Shown piece by piece: positions 19,674 to 19,778 of a stretch of 19,778 nucleotides of DNA. The first letter of the stretch is position 1. Every line of letters starts with the position of its first letter. The notes under the pieces were generated by a model, which was given only the letters and a program-made list of their open reading frames with translations, was not told the DNA's origin and made no database searches. The stretch is from Octopus sinensis (taxonomy: Eukaryota): the NCBI RefSeq assembly GCF_006345805.1, contig NW_021824170.1, positions 1-19,778 on the forward strand, written 5' to 3'. The translations under genes and the position numbers were made by a program.

Positions 19674-19778
19674 TAACAACAACAAGAATAGCTACAGCAA
19701 CAACAACAATAACAATAACAATAGCAATAACAACAACAACAACAATAATATTAATAATAACAATAATGATAATAATAA
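19674..19778. repeat. (AAC)/(AAT) microsatellite
   Basis: Read directly from sequence; runs to the window end. Confidence 0.95.

Noticed and set aside
1-19778. CRISPR array, operon, rRNA or other prokaryotic system
   Set aside because: No repeat-spacer periodicity or gene density; the sequence is animal-type repetitive DNA.

Overview
AT-rich eukaryotic DNA, intronic or intergenic in character. The SINE repertoire and microsatellite load point to a coleoid cephalopod, probably Octopus; this is an inference from recalled repeat families, not a search. I recognise no intact host gene, and most of the supplied ORFs are microsatellite read-throughs. The window is a mosaic of compound microsatellites and repeat remnants: tRNA-derived SINEs of at least four types, a canonical non-autonomous Helitron, a Helentron/DINE-1-like element, an RTE LINE 3' fragment, two R4/Dong-like restriction-like-endonuclease LINE fragments beside (TAA)n-type tracts, and a polyadenylated retroelement end embedded in (GATA)n. 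The most interesting signals are (i) several minimal type-I hammerhead-ribozyme-like motifs in short elements that read into (TA)n tracts, typical of Penelope-like or retrozyme ends, including a tail-to-tail pair at 12.5-13.2 kb, and (ii) a 21-bp-stem, pre-miRNA-sized hairpin at 11935-11992. All family assignments need database confirmation.
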